Origin: Bacteroidota bacterium
GTDB taxonomy: Bacteria > Bacteroidota > Bacteroidia > Chitinophagales > Chitinophagaceae
Direction of reading: 5' to 3'
Length of the DNA: 64,000 nucleotides
Assembly (NCBI GenBank): GCA_039798645.1
Contig: JBDKFR010000068.1
Span: forward strand, 4,744 to 68,743
Every line of letters begins with the position of its first letter. The first letter of the stretch is position 1. Both the position numbers and the translations under genes were made by a program. The notes beneath the pieces are model-generated. The model saw nothing but the letters and a program-made list of their open reading frames with translations, was not told the DNA's origin and made no database searches. Shown here piece after piece: positions 33,217 to 43,829 of the stretch.

Positions 33217-36200
33217 ATGAACAAATCCATTTTCTTTTTCGCAGTTTGCTTATTTTTTATTTCAAGACTTACTGCGCAAGATGTTACGAGAAAAGACATT
33301 TTAAATAATGCTGCAAAGTCATTTGAGACAGCATCAAGAGCAAATTTTAGCAAAGCCGTTATAAAATCTGCTGAACATGGATGGCCTTTAGAATATCAAT
33401 CAAGAAACAATCGTCATTCAAGCTTGGTAGGAATTGATCAATTTGGATTACCCATCTACTTAACAACTTTCGCTGATCCAGTTCAAGCGATCACTGTTAA
33501 TACCAATCAATTATGGCCAGGCGGAAGTAGTGGCTTTAATTTAAGTGGTTCAAGTGATAGTATCACCAATAGAATTGGTGTGTGGGACGAATCCTCGCCA
33601 AGATTAACGCATGTTGAGTTTGCAGGACGTTTAGTATTAAAAGACAATGCAAGCAAAACAGTTGATCATGCATCACATGTAACCGGTATTATCATGAGCA
33701 AAGGCATTAACGCACTTTCAAAAGGAATGGCTTATGGAATCAAGGGTGTATATGCATATGACTGGAATAGCGATGCGTCGGAAATGGCAGCTGCTGCAGC
33801 AAATGGTTTATTGATTTCAAATCATTCTTATGGAACAGTATGTGGTTGGGATTATAACACCGACTCCTCAAGATGGGAATATAATGGAAAGTGGAATGAA
33901 AAAGAAGATTACCGATTTGGGCAATATAATTCAACCGCTCAAATCTATGACTCTATTGCTTATAATGCTCCCTACTACTTAATTGTTAAATCTGCTGGTA
34001 ATAGTAGAAGTAGTAATGGTCCTGCTGTTGGACAACCTTATTGGCGCAGGGATGAAAATGGTAAATTATATAATGCCGGAAATAGACCCGATAGTTTAAG
34101 TAGCAATAATAGTTATGAAACTTTACCTACTGATGCGAATGCCAAAAATGTATTAACAGTTGGAGCCATTGGTCCAATTAGTGCTGGATACTTAAAAAAT
34201 ACCGACCCCGTTATGACCAGCTTTAGCTCATGGGGTCCAACTGATGATGGAAGAATCAAACCCGATGTGGTGGCCGATGGTCTGTCGGTTTATTCAACTA
34301 CCAGCACCAATGATTCGAGTTATGCATATTTGAATGGAACCTCAATGGCTGCTCCTGGTGCAGCAGGTTCATTATTATTATTACAGGAACTAAGTCAAAA
34401 ATTAAGTCCCAATAAATTTGTTAAAGGTGCGACCCTAAAAGCCTTGGCAATTCATACAGCAAATGAAGCTGGATCCTCCCCTGGACCGGATTATAAATTT
34501 GGATGGGGTGTTTTAAACAATGTTGAAGCTGCCAATGTATTAAGTAATTCATTGACAACTAAAAATAGTATTAGTAGTGTTGACTTAGTGTATGAAAATA
34601 TTTTACAAAACGGAGAGACAAATACTTTTTCGGTTATTGCTTCAGGAAGTAAACCACTTAAAGCAACCATTGTTTGGACGGACGTAAAAGCAACTACCTC
34701 ATCCACTTTGAATGACTCAACACGTCGCTTAATTAACGACTTAGATTTAGTGATCAAAAAAGAAACCACCACCTATTACCCTTGGACTTTAAATAGAGCG
34801 ACTCCTGAAAATTCCGCAGTAAGAGGAATTAACAACGTTGACAATGTTGAAAAAGTAGAAATTGATACAGCCCTAGTTGGTAATACTTATACCATTTCAA
34901 TAGGCCATAAAAGAGCATTAGAGCGTGGTCAACAACCCTACTCATTAATCATTAGTGGTGTTGGCGGTGCAGCGTATTGTGCTTCAGGTGCTTCATCCAA
35001 TGCGGGTACAAAAATTGATAGTATTAGCATTAACAATATTCAGTATGTCAATAGTACAACAAACCAATTTATTGATAATACCAACTTATATGTCAATGGC
35101 GAGCCCAATGGTACGATACCCCTATTTATGAAATTAGGTAGTGCAGATGCCACAAATAATGCAAGATTTGTAAAAGTGTTTATTGACTTGAATAACAATG
35201 GTCAATTTGAAAGTTCCGAAACAGTTTTAACAAGTAATGCTTTAAATAATGGAAATTATACAGCAAGTATTAGTATTCCAAATACTGTTAGCATAGGCAA
35301 ATTAATGAAACTGCGTATTGTAGTTATGGAAACAGCAAGCGCTGCTAATGTAAATGCTTGTGGAACATACAGCATTGGGGAAACACAAGACTATACGTTG
35401 AAAATTATTAATCCTTCCAATGATTTACAAGTAAGTGATATCATTAATCCCACAGCTGGGGTTTGCAAAAGAAATATTCAATATGTGACTGTTAAAATAT
35501 TAAATAATGGATCTGCCAATCAGTCTAATATTCCATTAAGTTTAATTGTAAAAAAAGGGACTACAACCGTACTGAGTGTTAATGAAACATTTACAGGAAG
35601 GTTAAATGGGCTGGAAAATATGACATACACATTCCAAAAACCAATCCCCATTGACGCAAATACAACCTACACCATAACTGCCTCAGCCAATATTGCTTCC
35701 GATCAACAAACAAGCAATAATGCAATTACATCCACTATAATAAGTGCCACTGAAATTGCCGGACCAACTGGTGCTGCTGTAATATGCAATAGCACATTAA
35801 GCTTGTCAGTAAATAATCCAGTTTTAGGTAATAGCTATTTTTGGTATGATTCTAGTGCATTATATAATCCAATTGCTATAGGAAGTAGTTCAACATTAAA
35901 TAGTAATGCAAGTAAGTTTTATTTAACACAAGGATATCAAACATTTTTACCTCCAAGTACCAATACAACTTTAACGGGAGGTGGTGGATACAATCTATTT
36001 AGTGGTAATTACATGAAAATTAATACCACCACTGCAATGACATTAGAAACAACTAAATTATATACTGGATATCCTGGAAAAATAGATTTCATATTAGGCA
36101 CTTTAGGAACAGTAAATACCGATGGTACTTTTACTTATTATCCGATACAAACTGTTTCTTTAAATGTTCCTGCAAGCAATCCAAATCCATCGATTGGACC

Positions 36201-36990
36201 ATCAACAAATTTTGCTGGCGATACTGGAAGAACTTATGCTTTAAATTTAAAAATTCCTAAAGCTGGAGACTATATCATTATTTCAAAATGCGATAGTGCT
36301 ACCTTATTCAGAAACAATGCTGCACCGGATCCTACCTATCCATTAGGTCCTAACAAATTAATTAGCTTCACAGGCAATAGCGTTAGTGCATCGTCAGGAA
36401 ATTATCAAAATTATTATTACTTTTTTTACAATATGCAAGTAAGTACGCCTGACTGTGTAAGTGCAACAACCGTAATTAATACAACAGCTAATGGTAAACC
36501 TACGATTACACAAAATGGCGAAAACCTTATAAGTTCAACAGCAAGTACTTATCAATGGTACATGAATGACTCTTTGATACAAGGAGCTAACCAACAATCG
36601 TTTAAACCACTTCGAAATGCTTACTACAAGGTGTCGACGAAATCGATTGCGGGAGATTGTGAAAATATTTCAGATAATAAGTTAATTTTGGTGACTGATA
36701 TAGCGGAGGCAAATGTAAAAGAGATTAACCTTAAAATAAGTTCCAATGATTTCATTGAGAATTTAATTCGCGGTAATTCATTTTATGTTCAATTCAGCAA
36801 TATCGAATCCCAAAGAATCTCATTAGAAATAATTAATTCTTCGGGGGGCAAAGTATTCCAACAGGAAAACTTAATTAACCAAAGAGCCCCACAACATATT
36901 ACTATTGAAAGTTTAAATACAGGTGTATACTTTGTAAAAATTTATGCTAACAATAAAGTTTATGTGCAAAGGGTTTTAATTACTAATTAA
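33217..36990 (+). CDS. Secreted S8 subtilisin-like protease with GEVED and Ig-like domains and T9SS C-terminal domain
   Basis: Triad GVWD / DHASHVTG / GTSMAAP, KSAGN, FIDLNNNG.F..GETQDY (GEVED), C-terminal L.TGVYFVKI. Confidence 0.9.
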   Translation: MNKSIFFFAVCLFFISRLTAQDVTRKDILNNAAKSFETASRANFSKAVIKSAEHGWPLEYQSRNNRHSSLVGIDQFGLPIYLTTFADPVQAITVNTNQLWPGGSSGFNLSGSSDSITNRIGVWDESSPRLTHVEFAGRLVLKDNASKTVDHASHVTGIIMSKGINALSKGMAYGIKGVYAYDWNSDASEMAAAAANGLLISNHSYGTVCGWDYNTDSSRWEYNGKWNEKEDYRFGQYNSTAQIYDSIAYNAPYYLIVKSAGNSRSSNGPAVGQPYWRRDENGKLYNAGNRPDSLSSNNSYETLPTDANAKNVLTVGAIGPISAGYLKNTDPVMTSFSSWGPTDDGRIKPDVVADGLSVYSTTSTNDSSYAYLNGTSMAAPGAAGSLLLLQELSQKLSPNKFVKGATLKALAIHTANEAGSSPGPDYKFGWGVLNNVEAANVLSNSLTTKNSISSVDLVYENILQNGETNTFSVIASGSKPLKATIVWTDVKATTSSTLNDSTRRLINDLDLVIKKETTTYYPWTLNRATPENSAVRGINNVDNVEKVEIDTALVGNTYTISIGHKRALERGQQPYSLIISGVGGAAYCASGASSNAGTKIDSISINNIQYVNSTTNQFIDNTNLYVNGEPNGTIPLFMKLGSADATNNARFVKVFIDLNNNGQFESSETVLTSNALNNGNYTASISIPNTVSIGKLMKLRIVVMETASAANVNACGTYSIGETQDYTLKIINPSNDLQVSDIINPTAGVCKRNIQYVTVKILNNGSANQSNIPLSLIVKKGTTTVLSVNETFTGRLNGLENMTYTFQKPIPIDANTTYTITASANIASDQQTSNNAITSTIISATEIAGPTGAAVICNSTLSLSVNNPVLGNSYFWYDSSALYNPIAIGSSSTLNSNASKFYLTQGYQTFLPPSTNTTLTGGGGYNLFSGNYMKINTTTAMTLETTKLYTGYPGKIDFILGTLGTVNTDGTFTYYPIQTVSLNVPASNPNPSIGPSTNFAGDTGRTYALNLKIPKAGDYIIISKCDSATLFRNNAAPDPTYPLGPNKLISFTGNSVSASSGNYQNYYYFFYNMQVSTPDCVSATTVINTTANGKPTITQNGENLISSTASTYQWYMNDSLIQGANQQSFKPLRNAYYKVSTKSIAGDCENISDNKLILVTDIAEANVKEINLKISSNDFIENLIRGNSFYVQFSNIESQRISLEIINSSGGKVFQQENLINQRAPQHITIESLNTGVYFVKIYANNKVYVQRVLITN

Positions 36991-37002
36991 AAACTTAACA
37001 AA

Positions 37003-37731
37003 ATGGCATTAGAATGGGTTGAAGGTGTGATTACTAAAATTGAAAATGAAACACCAAACACAAAAAAGTTTTACTTCGAAATTCCTAGTCTTGAAAAATT
37101 TGATTTCATACCTGGACAATTTGTAACCCTTGACTTACCCATTCACGAACAAAAAAACAAGCGTTGGAGAAGTTATTCCATAGGATCTGCTCCCAATGGA
37201 ACAAATACTTTCGAATTAGTTATCGTTCATTTAGAAGGTGGGCTGGGAACTACTTACTTGTTCAATGAAGTAAGTGTTGGTTCGAAAATTACGCTTAGAG
37301 GACCTCAAGGTGTTTTTACACTTCCTAAGAATTTTGACAATGACGTTTACTTTATTTGCACAGGAACGGGTATTGCTCCTTTCCGATCAATGATTCATTA
37401 TATACATGAACATAAAATTGCGCATAATAATATTCATTTAATTTTTGGATGTCGCAAATTTGAAGACGGTTTATACATCGACGAATTAAAAGAAATGGAA
37501 ACAAAAGAACCAGGCTTCCATTTTCACCCATGTTATTCAAGAGAAAACGAAGTGCCAGCAGGATCACACAAAGGCTATGTTCACCCAGTTTATCAAGAAT
37601 TATTAAAAAACAATAAGGAAACCGCTCATGTTTGGTTATGCGGATGGAAAGCTATGATCGATGATGCACGTAAAAATATGGCTGAAATGGGATTGGATAA
37701 AAAACAAGTACACTTCGAATCCTTCGGTTAA
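37003..37731 (+). CDS. FAD/NAD(P)-binding oxidoreductase (ferredoxin-NADP reductase family)
   Basis: PGQF, RSYSI.S, GTGIAPFRSM, LCGW..M, terminal E.FG. Confidence 0.88.
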   Translation: MALEWVEGVITKIENETPNTKKFYFEIPSLEKFDFIPGQFVTLDLPIHEQKNKRWRSYSIGSAPNGTNTFELVIVHLEGGLGTTYLFNEVSVGSKITLRGPQGVFTLPKNFDNDVYFICTGTGIAPFRSMIHYIHEHKIAHNNIHLIFGCRKFEDGLYIDELKEMETKEPGFHFHPCYSRENEVPAGSHKGYVHPVYQELLKNNKETAHVWLCGWKAMIDDARKNMAEMGLDKKQVHFESFG

Positions 37732-37747
37732 TTTATTTATGACAAAT

Positions 37748-37786
37748 AATAAGAAAAGCCTCAATTAATTTGAGGCTTTTCTTATT
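37748..37786. terminator. Bidirectional terminator between convergent genes
   Basis: 17-bp stem AATAAGAAAAGCCTCAA/TTGAGGCTTTTCTTATT. Confidence 0.9.
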
Positions 37787-37799
37787 TAAAATTTGAAAT

Positions 37800-39248
37800 T
37801 TAACTAATTGCTGCTAAAACTAAGGCCTTCACTTGACTCATTGGAATACGCTCCTGTGTCATCGAATCGCGGTGACGAATGGTAACCGTTCCATCCTCTT
37901 TGGTTTGATGGTCAATGGTAACGCAAAAAGGAGTTCCAATGGCGTCTTGACGACGATATCTTTTTCCAATAGCATCTTTTTCTTCATAAAAACAATGGAA
38001 TGACTTTTTACACTCATCCATTAATTCTTTTGCTAATTCAGGTAAGCCGTCTTTTTTAGTTAATGGTAAAATAGCTAATTTATTAGGTGCTATTCTAGCT
38101 GGTAAATGTAAAACTACTCTTGAATCAGTTGTACCATCTTCTTTGTTAATAGTTTCCTCTTCATATGAATTAGAAAGTATTAATAAGAACATTCTATCCA
38201 ACCCTATTGAAGTTTCAATTACATATGGAATATAATGCTGATTAATTTCGGTATCGAAATATTGCATTTTTTTCTTGCTAAATTCTTGGTGACGGCTTAA
38301 ATCAAAGTCAGTACGAGAGTGTATCCCCTCTACTTCTTTAAATCCAAATGGAAATTCGTACTCAATATCTAAAGCTGCATCTGCATAGTGTGCTAATTTA
38401 ACGTGGTCATGAAAACGATATTTATTAGCCGCTATTCCTAAACTTAAATGCCAATTCATTCGCTCGTTCTTCCAATGTTCATACCATTCCTTTTGGGTTC
38501 CAGGCTTAATGAAAAATTGCATTTCCATTTGTTCAAACTCGCGCATTCTAAAAATAAATTGACGCGCCACAATTTCATTTCTAAAAGCCTTTCCTGTTTG
38601 TGCAATACCAAAAGGAATTTTCATCCTTGCCGTTTTTTGCACATTTAAAAAATTCACAAAAATCCCTTGTGCTGTTTCTGGTCTTAAATAAATAGTGTTC
38701 GCATCTTCCGCAACAGATCCTAGTTCAGTGGAGAACATTAAATTAAATTGACGAATTTCCGTCCAGTTGCCTGTACCACTTACACTACAATGTATTTTGT
38801 TTGTTTCAATTAATGTTTTCAAACCAGCAAAGTCATCATTTGCTAATAATGCGTCCATGTCTGCAATTAATTTATCTGCAGCGGCTTGGTCTCCGTTTTG
38901 GATTAATTTTTCGGCATGCCCTTCAATTAAATGATCAACGCGGTATCTTTTTTTACTATCCTTATTATCAATTAATGGGTCGCTAAAACTATCCACGTGT
39001 CCACTCGCTTTCCAGGTAGTAGGATGCATAAATATAGCAGCATCGATACCCACTATATTTTCATTCATTTGTGTCATGGAATTCCACCAATAATCACGAA
39101 TGTTTTTCTTTAACTGGGCGCCATAAGGACCGTAATCATATACGGCACTTAAACCATCATAAATTTCACTACTTGGAAATACAAAACCATATTCCTTAGC
39201 ATGCGAAATGATCGCCTGTAAAGTATTGTCAGTTGGGGTCTTACTCAT
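37800..39248 (-). CDS. glyS: Glycine--tRNA ligase (homodimeric alpha2 type)
   Basis: YDYGP.G, YLRPETAQGIF, FRNEI, FEQME, IGKRYRRQD; start MSKTP just after TATCTTTG (39255-39262). Confidence 0.95.
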   Translation of the reverse strand: MSKTPTDNTLQAIISHAKEYGFVFPSSEIYDGLSAVYDYGPYGAQLKKNIRDYWWNSMTQMNENIVGIDAAIFMHPTTWKASGHVDSFSDPLIDNKDSKKRYRVDHLIEGHAEKLIQNGDQAAADKLIADMDALLANDDFAGLKTLIETNKIHCSVSGTGNWTEIRQFNLMFSTELGSVAEDANTIYLRPETAQGIFVNFLNVQKTARMKIPFGIAQTGKAFRNEIVARQFIFRMREFEQMEMQFFIKPGTQKEWYEHWKNERMNWHLSLGIAANKYRFHDHVKLAHYADAALDIEYEFPFGFKEVEGIHSRTDFDLSRHQEFSKKKMQYFDTEINQHYIPYVIETSIGLDRMFLLILSNSYEEETINKEDGTTDSRVVLHLPARIAPNKLAILPLTKKDGLPELAKELMDECKKSFHCFYEEKDAIGKRYRRQDAIGTPFCVTIDHQTKEDGTVTIRHRDSMTQERIPMSQVKALVLAAIS

Positions 39249-39274
39249 AGTTTGCAAAGATACGGAGGAATCAA

Positions 39275-39616
39275 TTATCGATGTAATTTTTCGTTGTTTT
39301 GATGGCGCGTAGCGTCCCTGCTGGTTTTCTTTTGAATGTTTTTTTCTAAAGCGGCCGCTAAATCAACACCAGTTTGATTGGCAAGGCAAATGAGTACAAA
39401 TAAAACATCGGCCATTTCATCGGCTAATAATAGTTCTTCTTCCTTATTTTTAAAGGATTGATCACCATATTTTCTGACCATAATTCTAGAAAGCTCCCCC
39501 ACTTCTTCCATGAGTATGCCCAAATTAGTGAGTTCACTAAAATACTTAACACCGATGGTTTTAATCCACTGATCCACTTGTTCCTGTGCTTGTTGTATGG
39601 TTGTATTATTTGACAT
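39275..39616 (-). CDS. MazG-like nucleotide pyrophosphohydrolase (YpjD type)
   Basis: LMEEVGEL, DEMADVLFVLICLAN. Confidence 0.88.
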   Translation of the reverse strand: MSNNTTIQQAQEQVDQWIKTIGVKYFSELTNLGILMEEVGELSRIMVRKYGDQSFKNKEEELLLADEMADVLFVLICLANQTGVDLAAALEKNIQKKTSRDATRHQNNEKLHR

Positions 39617-39661
39617 GATAATTGTTATTTATTGCTTTTGCCTGCATTTAAATATTTGTTG

Positions 39662-40114
39662 CTATTCTTTATTTTTTGAATCAATAATGATTGTTACTGG
39701 TCCATCGTTTACAAGTGCTACTTTCATATCAGCACCAAACTGGCCGGTTTGAATAGGCACCCCTAAATCATTGGTTAACTGCTTAATCAACATTTCATAA
39801 AGCGGTATGGCTATTTCAGGTTTTGCTGCTGCAATATAGGAGGGTCTGTTTCCCTTTTTTGTCGAGGCATGTAAAGTAAATTGACTGACTAATAAAATGG
39901 CATTTCCTTTATCAATAACACTTTTATTCATCACCCCCTCCTCGTCTTCAAAAATGCGCATATTGACAATTTTGCTTGAAATCCATTCAATATCGGCCTG
40001 ACTATCTTCATTTACGATACCTACTAACACCATTAAACCTTGCTGAATCTGACTTATTACATGTCCGTCGACTGTTACACTTGCTTGTTGAACTCTTTGA
40101 ATAACCACTCTCAT
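39662..40114 (-). CDS. dtd: D-aminoacyl-tRNA deacylase
   Basis: MRVVIQRV, VSQFTL, KGNRPS, NDGPVT. Confidence 0.96.
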   Translation of the reverse strand: MRVVIQRVQQASVTVDGHVISQIQQGLMVLVGIVNEDSQADIEWISSKIVNMRIFEDEEGVMNKSVIDKGNAILLVSQFTLHASTKKGNRPSYIAAAKPEIAIPLYEMLIKQLTNDLGVPIQTGQFGADMKVALVNDGPVTIIIDSKNKE

Positions 40115-40181
40115 ATTATCGGTTTTACGCTATGAAGATAAACAAAACTATTTTCACTAATTTAGCTGTAATTTCATTCCC

Positions 40182-41672
40182 TTGAGTAGTATTAAAAAAT
40201 TAGCCGGACAAACTATGTGGTATGGACTTAGCTCGATTGCAGCTAGGTTCATTGGCTATTTATTGACGCCATACTTAACCTTGACCCTTACTGAAACAGC
40301 CTATGGGGAAAACTCAATCGTTTACGCATTCATTCCATTTTTAAATGTTATTGTAACCCACGGAATGGAAACAGCATACTTCCGATTTGGCAGCAAGGAA
40401 AATGAACAAAAAATATACCATACTAGTAGTTTATCTATGATATTGGTAAGTGGTATTGTCATAACAAGTTTGTTATTTTTTGGCGACAACATAGCAAGCC
40501 TTTTACAAATAAGTTTACACCCACAATATATTTCATTAATGGCATGGGTGGTTGGATTGGATGCCTTAACAACCATTCCTTTTTCGAGACTAAGATTAGA
40601 AGAAAAACCAAAACGTTATGCATTTATAAAAATAGGTGGTATACTAGTCAATATTGTTGCAACCTATGCGTTGATTAGTCTTTTACCTTCTTATGCAATT
40701 GCAAATCCTGAAAGTTTTGTCGCCAATTGGTATGTAGAAGGATACGAAGTAGGCTATATATTAATTGCCAATATTATTCAAAACGTATTTGTAATGTTAT
40801 TGCTTCAAAAAGAAATAAGATCATTACGTTTTTCAATCGATTTTAAATTGTGGGGGCAAATGCTAGCTTATGCTCTGCCATTGATATTAGTGGGTTTTGG
40901 CGGCATGATCAATGAAACGCTGGATCGTATTATGTTAGGATGGTGGGCTCCAGGTGGAAGTCCTGAGGCAAATAAAGCATTAGTGGGTATTTATAGTGCC
41001 TGTTATAAATTAGCCATTTTAATTACCATTTCTATTCAAGCTTTTAGAATGGGCGCTGAACCTTTTTTCTTTAAACAAGCACAATCAGACAATGCTCCAA
41101 AAACATATGCGAGAGTCATGAAATTTTTCGTGATCACTTTATGTATTATGTTTTTAGTGGTCGTCTTGTATTTAGATATTTGGAAGGAATTTATACGTAA
41201 ACCGTCCATGTATGTTGGCTTAAAAGTGGTTCCCATTTTACTCATAGCCAATATGTTTTTAGGTGTTTATTACAACTTAAGTATTTGGTATAAATTGAGT
41301 AATAAAACAATGGCTGGCGCGTGGATTACTTTATTAGGTGCTGCAATAACTATTTTAATCAATTACTTTTTTATTCCTTACTTCGGATATATGGCAAGCG
41401 CATGGGCAACTTTCTTTTGCTACGGAACAATGATGGTCGTAAGTTATAAATGGGGTCAAAAAGTTTACCGAATACCTTATGCAACAAAAAAACTTATCGC
41501 CTATTTTGTTATTGTATTAATTATTTATGGACTAAACTATTTACTTCTATTAATTTCAGATAACAAAGCTTTCAATTATTTATTTGCAAGTTTACTGCTA
41601 ACAGGTTTTATAATATTTGTATCAAAAATCGAAAAGAAGGAGTTAAAATCAATTTTTAATAAACAATCATAA
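40182..41672 (+). CDS. MOP-superfamily oligosaccharide flippase / polysaccharide biosynthesis protein
   Basis: TTG start; KKLAGQT..YGLSSI, GMETAYFRF, NETLDR, AFR..AEPFFF; many TM helices. Confidence 0.82.
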   Translation: MSSIKKLAGQTMWYGLSSIAARFIGYLLTPYLTLTLTETAYGENSIVYAFIPFLNVIVTHGMETAYFRFGSKENEQKIYHTSSLSMILVSGIVITSLLFFGDNIASLLQISLHPQYISLMAWVVGLDALTTIPFSRLRLEEKPKRYAFIKIGGILVNIVATYALISLLPSYAIANPESFVANWYVEGYEVGYILIANIIQNVFVMLLLQKEIRSLRFSIDFKLWGQMLAYALPLILVGFGGMINETLDRIMLGWWAPGGSPEANKALVGIYSACYKLAILITISIQAFRMGAEPFFFKQAQSDNAPKTYARVMKFFVITLCIMFLVVVLYLDIWKEFIRKPSMYVGLKVVPILLIANMFLGVYYNLSIWYKLSNKTMAGAWITLLGAAITILINYFFIPYFGYMASAWATFFCYGTMMVVSYKWGQKVYRIPYATKKLIAYFVIVLIIYGLNYLLLLISDNKAFNYLFASLLLTGFIIFVSKIEKKELKSIFNKQS

Positions 41673-42148
41673 TGGCGGAAGATTTAAATATTCAAACAGG
41701 TACAAAGCAAGAACAATATGAATCCTTGATCCCTCAAATTGAAGGCTTGCTTCATGGCGAAAATAATTTAGTGGCCAATTTAGCAAACATCAGTGCTGCA
41801 TTAAAAGAGCAGTTTAATTGGTGGTGGGTTGGGTTTTATTGGGTGATTGAAGATGAGCTCGTATTAGGTCCTTTTCAAGGTCCTGTAGCATGTACCCGAA
41901 TCAAAAAAGGTAGAGGCGTATGTGGCGGTGCTTGGGAACAGGCCAAAACCTTAATTGTAGAAGATGTAGAAAAATTTCCTGGGCATATTGCCTGTAGCAG
42001 TGCTTCAAAATCTGAAATCGTAGTACCCGTATTTAATAAGGGTGTTATCGTAGGGGTTTTAGACGTGGATAGTGAACATTTGGCGCATTATGATGAAATT
42101 GATCAATTATACCTTGAAAAAATAGTGGGTTTGATTCCCCATCATTAA
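41672..42148 (+). CDS. msrC: GAF-domain free methionine-R-sulfoxide reductase
   Basis: WVGFY, LGPFQGPVAC, GVCG, HIACS..SKSEIV, VLDVDS. Confidence 0.88.
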   Translation: MAEDLNIQTGTKQEQYESLIPQIEGLLHGENNLVANLANISAALKEQFNWWWVGFYWVIEDELVLGPFQGPVACTRIKKGRGVCGGAWEQAKTLIVEDVEKFPGHIACSSASKSEIVVPVFNKGVIVGVLDVDSEHLAHYDEIDQLYLEKIVGLIPHH

Positions 42149-42176
42149 AAAAATCAATTAAGTTTGCAACCCCTAA

Positions 42177-42258
42177 GCGGATGTGGCGAAATTGGCAGAC
42201 GCACTAGACTTAGGATCTAGCGCCGCGAGGCGTGTGGGTTCGACCCCCTCCATCCGCA
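42177..42258 (+). tRNA. tRNA-Leu(TAG)
   Basis: Acceptor GCGGATG/CATCCGC, anticodon arm CTAGA-CTTAGGA-TCTAG, variable arm, TTCGA loop; -7 element TAAGTTTG at 42159-42166. Confidence 0.96.
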
Positions 42259-42271
42259 CAGAATTATCATC

Positions 42272-42298
42272 AAAAGGCCCTTAATTGGGCCTTTTTTT
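42272..42298 (+). terminator. Terminator after tRNA-Leu
   Basis: AAAAGGCCC-TTAATT-GGGCC-T7. Confidence 0.85.
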
Positions 42299-42360
42299 AA
42301 TCCTAAAACCTTACCTTTGCCCCCCTTAAACACTACATTAAAGTAGAAAATAGCAATATT

Positions 42361-43722
42361 ATGGCAACAATAAAAAGAACCAACATTGCACCCTTAAATG
42401 ACAAATTAACGGTGACCATTGCAAAAGAAGATTACATAAAAGGCTTTGAAACAAGCTTGAAAAAGTATTCAAAGACAGCTAATATTCCTGGATTCAGAAA
42501 AGGAATGGTACCCGCTGGCTTAATTAAAAAAATGTACGGACAATCAGTTTTCCAAGACGAGGTAATTAAAACGGTGGAAAATGAAATGAACCAATATATC
42601 GCAAAAGAAAAAATTGAAATTTTTGCACAACCACTCCCTGTAACTGCAGAATTTCCAGCAATGGATGTGAACAATCCTAGCAGTTATGATTTTGCATTTG
42701 AAGTAGGATTAAAACCTGCATTCACTATTGATGCAAAAGGAATAAAAGCAACACGTTACAAAATTGAAGTAACGGATGAAATGATTAATGCAGAAGTGGA
42801 AAGATTACAAATTCGCAATGGTAATATGACCGAACCAGAGGTTGCAGAAACGGAAGAAAATGTGTTGAATGTTACCTTCACTGAATCAGATAAAGACGGT
42901 AATGAAATGGAAGGTGGATTATCAAAAGACAATTCATTATTAATTAAATATTTTGCTCCAAAAGCTAGAACAGCATTTATTGGTAAAAAAACAGGCGATA
43001 CTGTTACCATTCAATTGAGCAAAGCCTTTGAGGAAAAAGAATTAGACATTATTTTAGCTGATTTAGGTTTAACTAAGGAACAAGGTGATAAATATTTTAA
43101 AGTAACCATCACTAAAGTAGGTATTGTAGAAAAAGCGCCATTAGATGAAACTTTATTCACTGTAACCTACCCTAACCAAACCATAACTAACGAGGTAGAA
43201 TTTAGAGACGCAGTAAGAAAAGATATTGAAGGTTATTATGAAGGTCAATCTCGTAATCAAGTGCATGATCAAATTTACCATGCATTGATTGATAATACTA
43301 AAATGGAATTTCCAACTGATTTCTTAAAACGTTGGCTACAAACTGGAGGTGAAAAACAAAGAACAGCTGAAGAAGCAGAAAAAGAATACCCAGTATTCCA
43401 AGACCAATTAAAATGGACATTAATTAGCACACAATTAATTGCTGACCATAAAGTTGAAGTAGTTGCCGAAGATTTAAAAGACTTCGCTAAACAACAATTA
43501 ATGAGTTATATGGGCGGTCAATTAGGCGCTTTAGGTGATAATGATCAATGGTTAGAAGATTATGCTGCTAGAATGATGCAAGACAGAAAATTTGTTGAAG
43601 ATAGTTACCACCGTATTAGCACTGACAAATTGTTCAAAGCGATTGAAGCAGAAATCACTGCAAAAGAAGAAAAAATCGCAGCTGAGAAGTTTGCTGAAAA
43701 ATTGCATAATCACCACCACTAA
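42361..43722 (+). CDS. tig: Trigger factor
   Basis: IPGFRKG signature; upstream of clpP; -7 element TACCTTTG at 42312-42319. Confidence 0.93.
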   Translation: MATIKRTNIAPLNDKLTVTIAKEDYIKGFETSLKKYSKTANIPGFRKGMVPAGLIKKMYGQSVFQDEVIKTVENEMNQYIAKEKIEIFAQPLPVTAEFPAMDVNNPSSYDFAFEVGLKPAFTIDAKGIKATRYKIEVTDEMINAEVERLQIRNGNMTEPEVAETEENVLNVTFTESDKDGNEMEGGLSKDNSLLIKYFAPKARTAFIGKKTGDTVTIQLSKAFEEKELDIILADLGLTKEQGDKYFKVTITKVGIVEKAPLDETLFTVTYPNQTITNEVEFRDAVRKDIEGYYEGQSRNQVHDQIYHALIDNTKMEFPTDFLKRWLQTGGEKQRTAEEAEKEYPVFQDQLKWTLISTQLIADHKVEVVAEDLKDFAKQQLMSYMGGQLGALGDNDQWLEDYAARMMQDRKFVEDSYHRISTDKLFKAIEAEITAKEEKIAAEKFAEKLHNHHH

Positions 43723-43762
43723 TAGCCTTAATCGTCCATAAAGACGCATTTATTTGATATTC

Positions 43763-43795
43763 AAGACCCTCCAATACCAAGGAGGGTCTTTTTTT
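43763..43795 (+). terminator. Terminator after tig
   Basis: AAGACCCTCC/GGAGGGTC followed by T7. Confidence 0.85.
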
Positions 43796-43814
43796 ATCCA
43801 TTTTCCCCTAAGTT

Positions 43815-43829
43815 TGGCACCGTTTTTGC
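43815..43829 (+). promoter_or_regulatory. Sigma54 (-24/-12) promoter upstream of clpP
   Basis: TGGCAC-CGTTT-TTGC, exact consensus with correct spacing. Confidence 0.7.

Noticed and set aside
39275-39616. MazG-like gene (and the HD gene at 49269) as anti-phage defence
   Set aside because: Both sit in housekeeping contexts (dtd-glyS; lpxD operon) with no defence-island neighbours.
43705-43722. His-rich C-terminus of trigger factor (HNHHH) as an engineered tag
   Set aside because: Short and interrupted, in a native context with no vector sequence.
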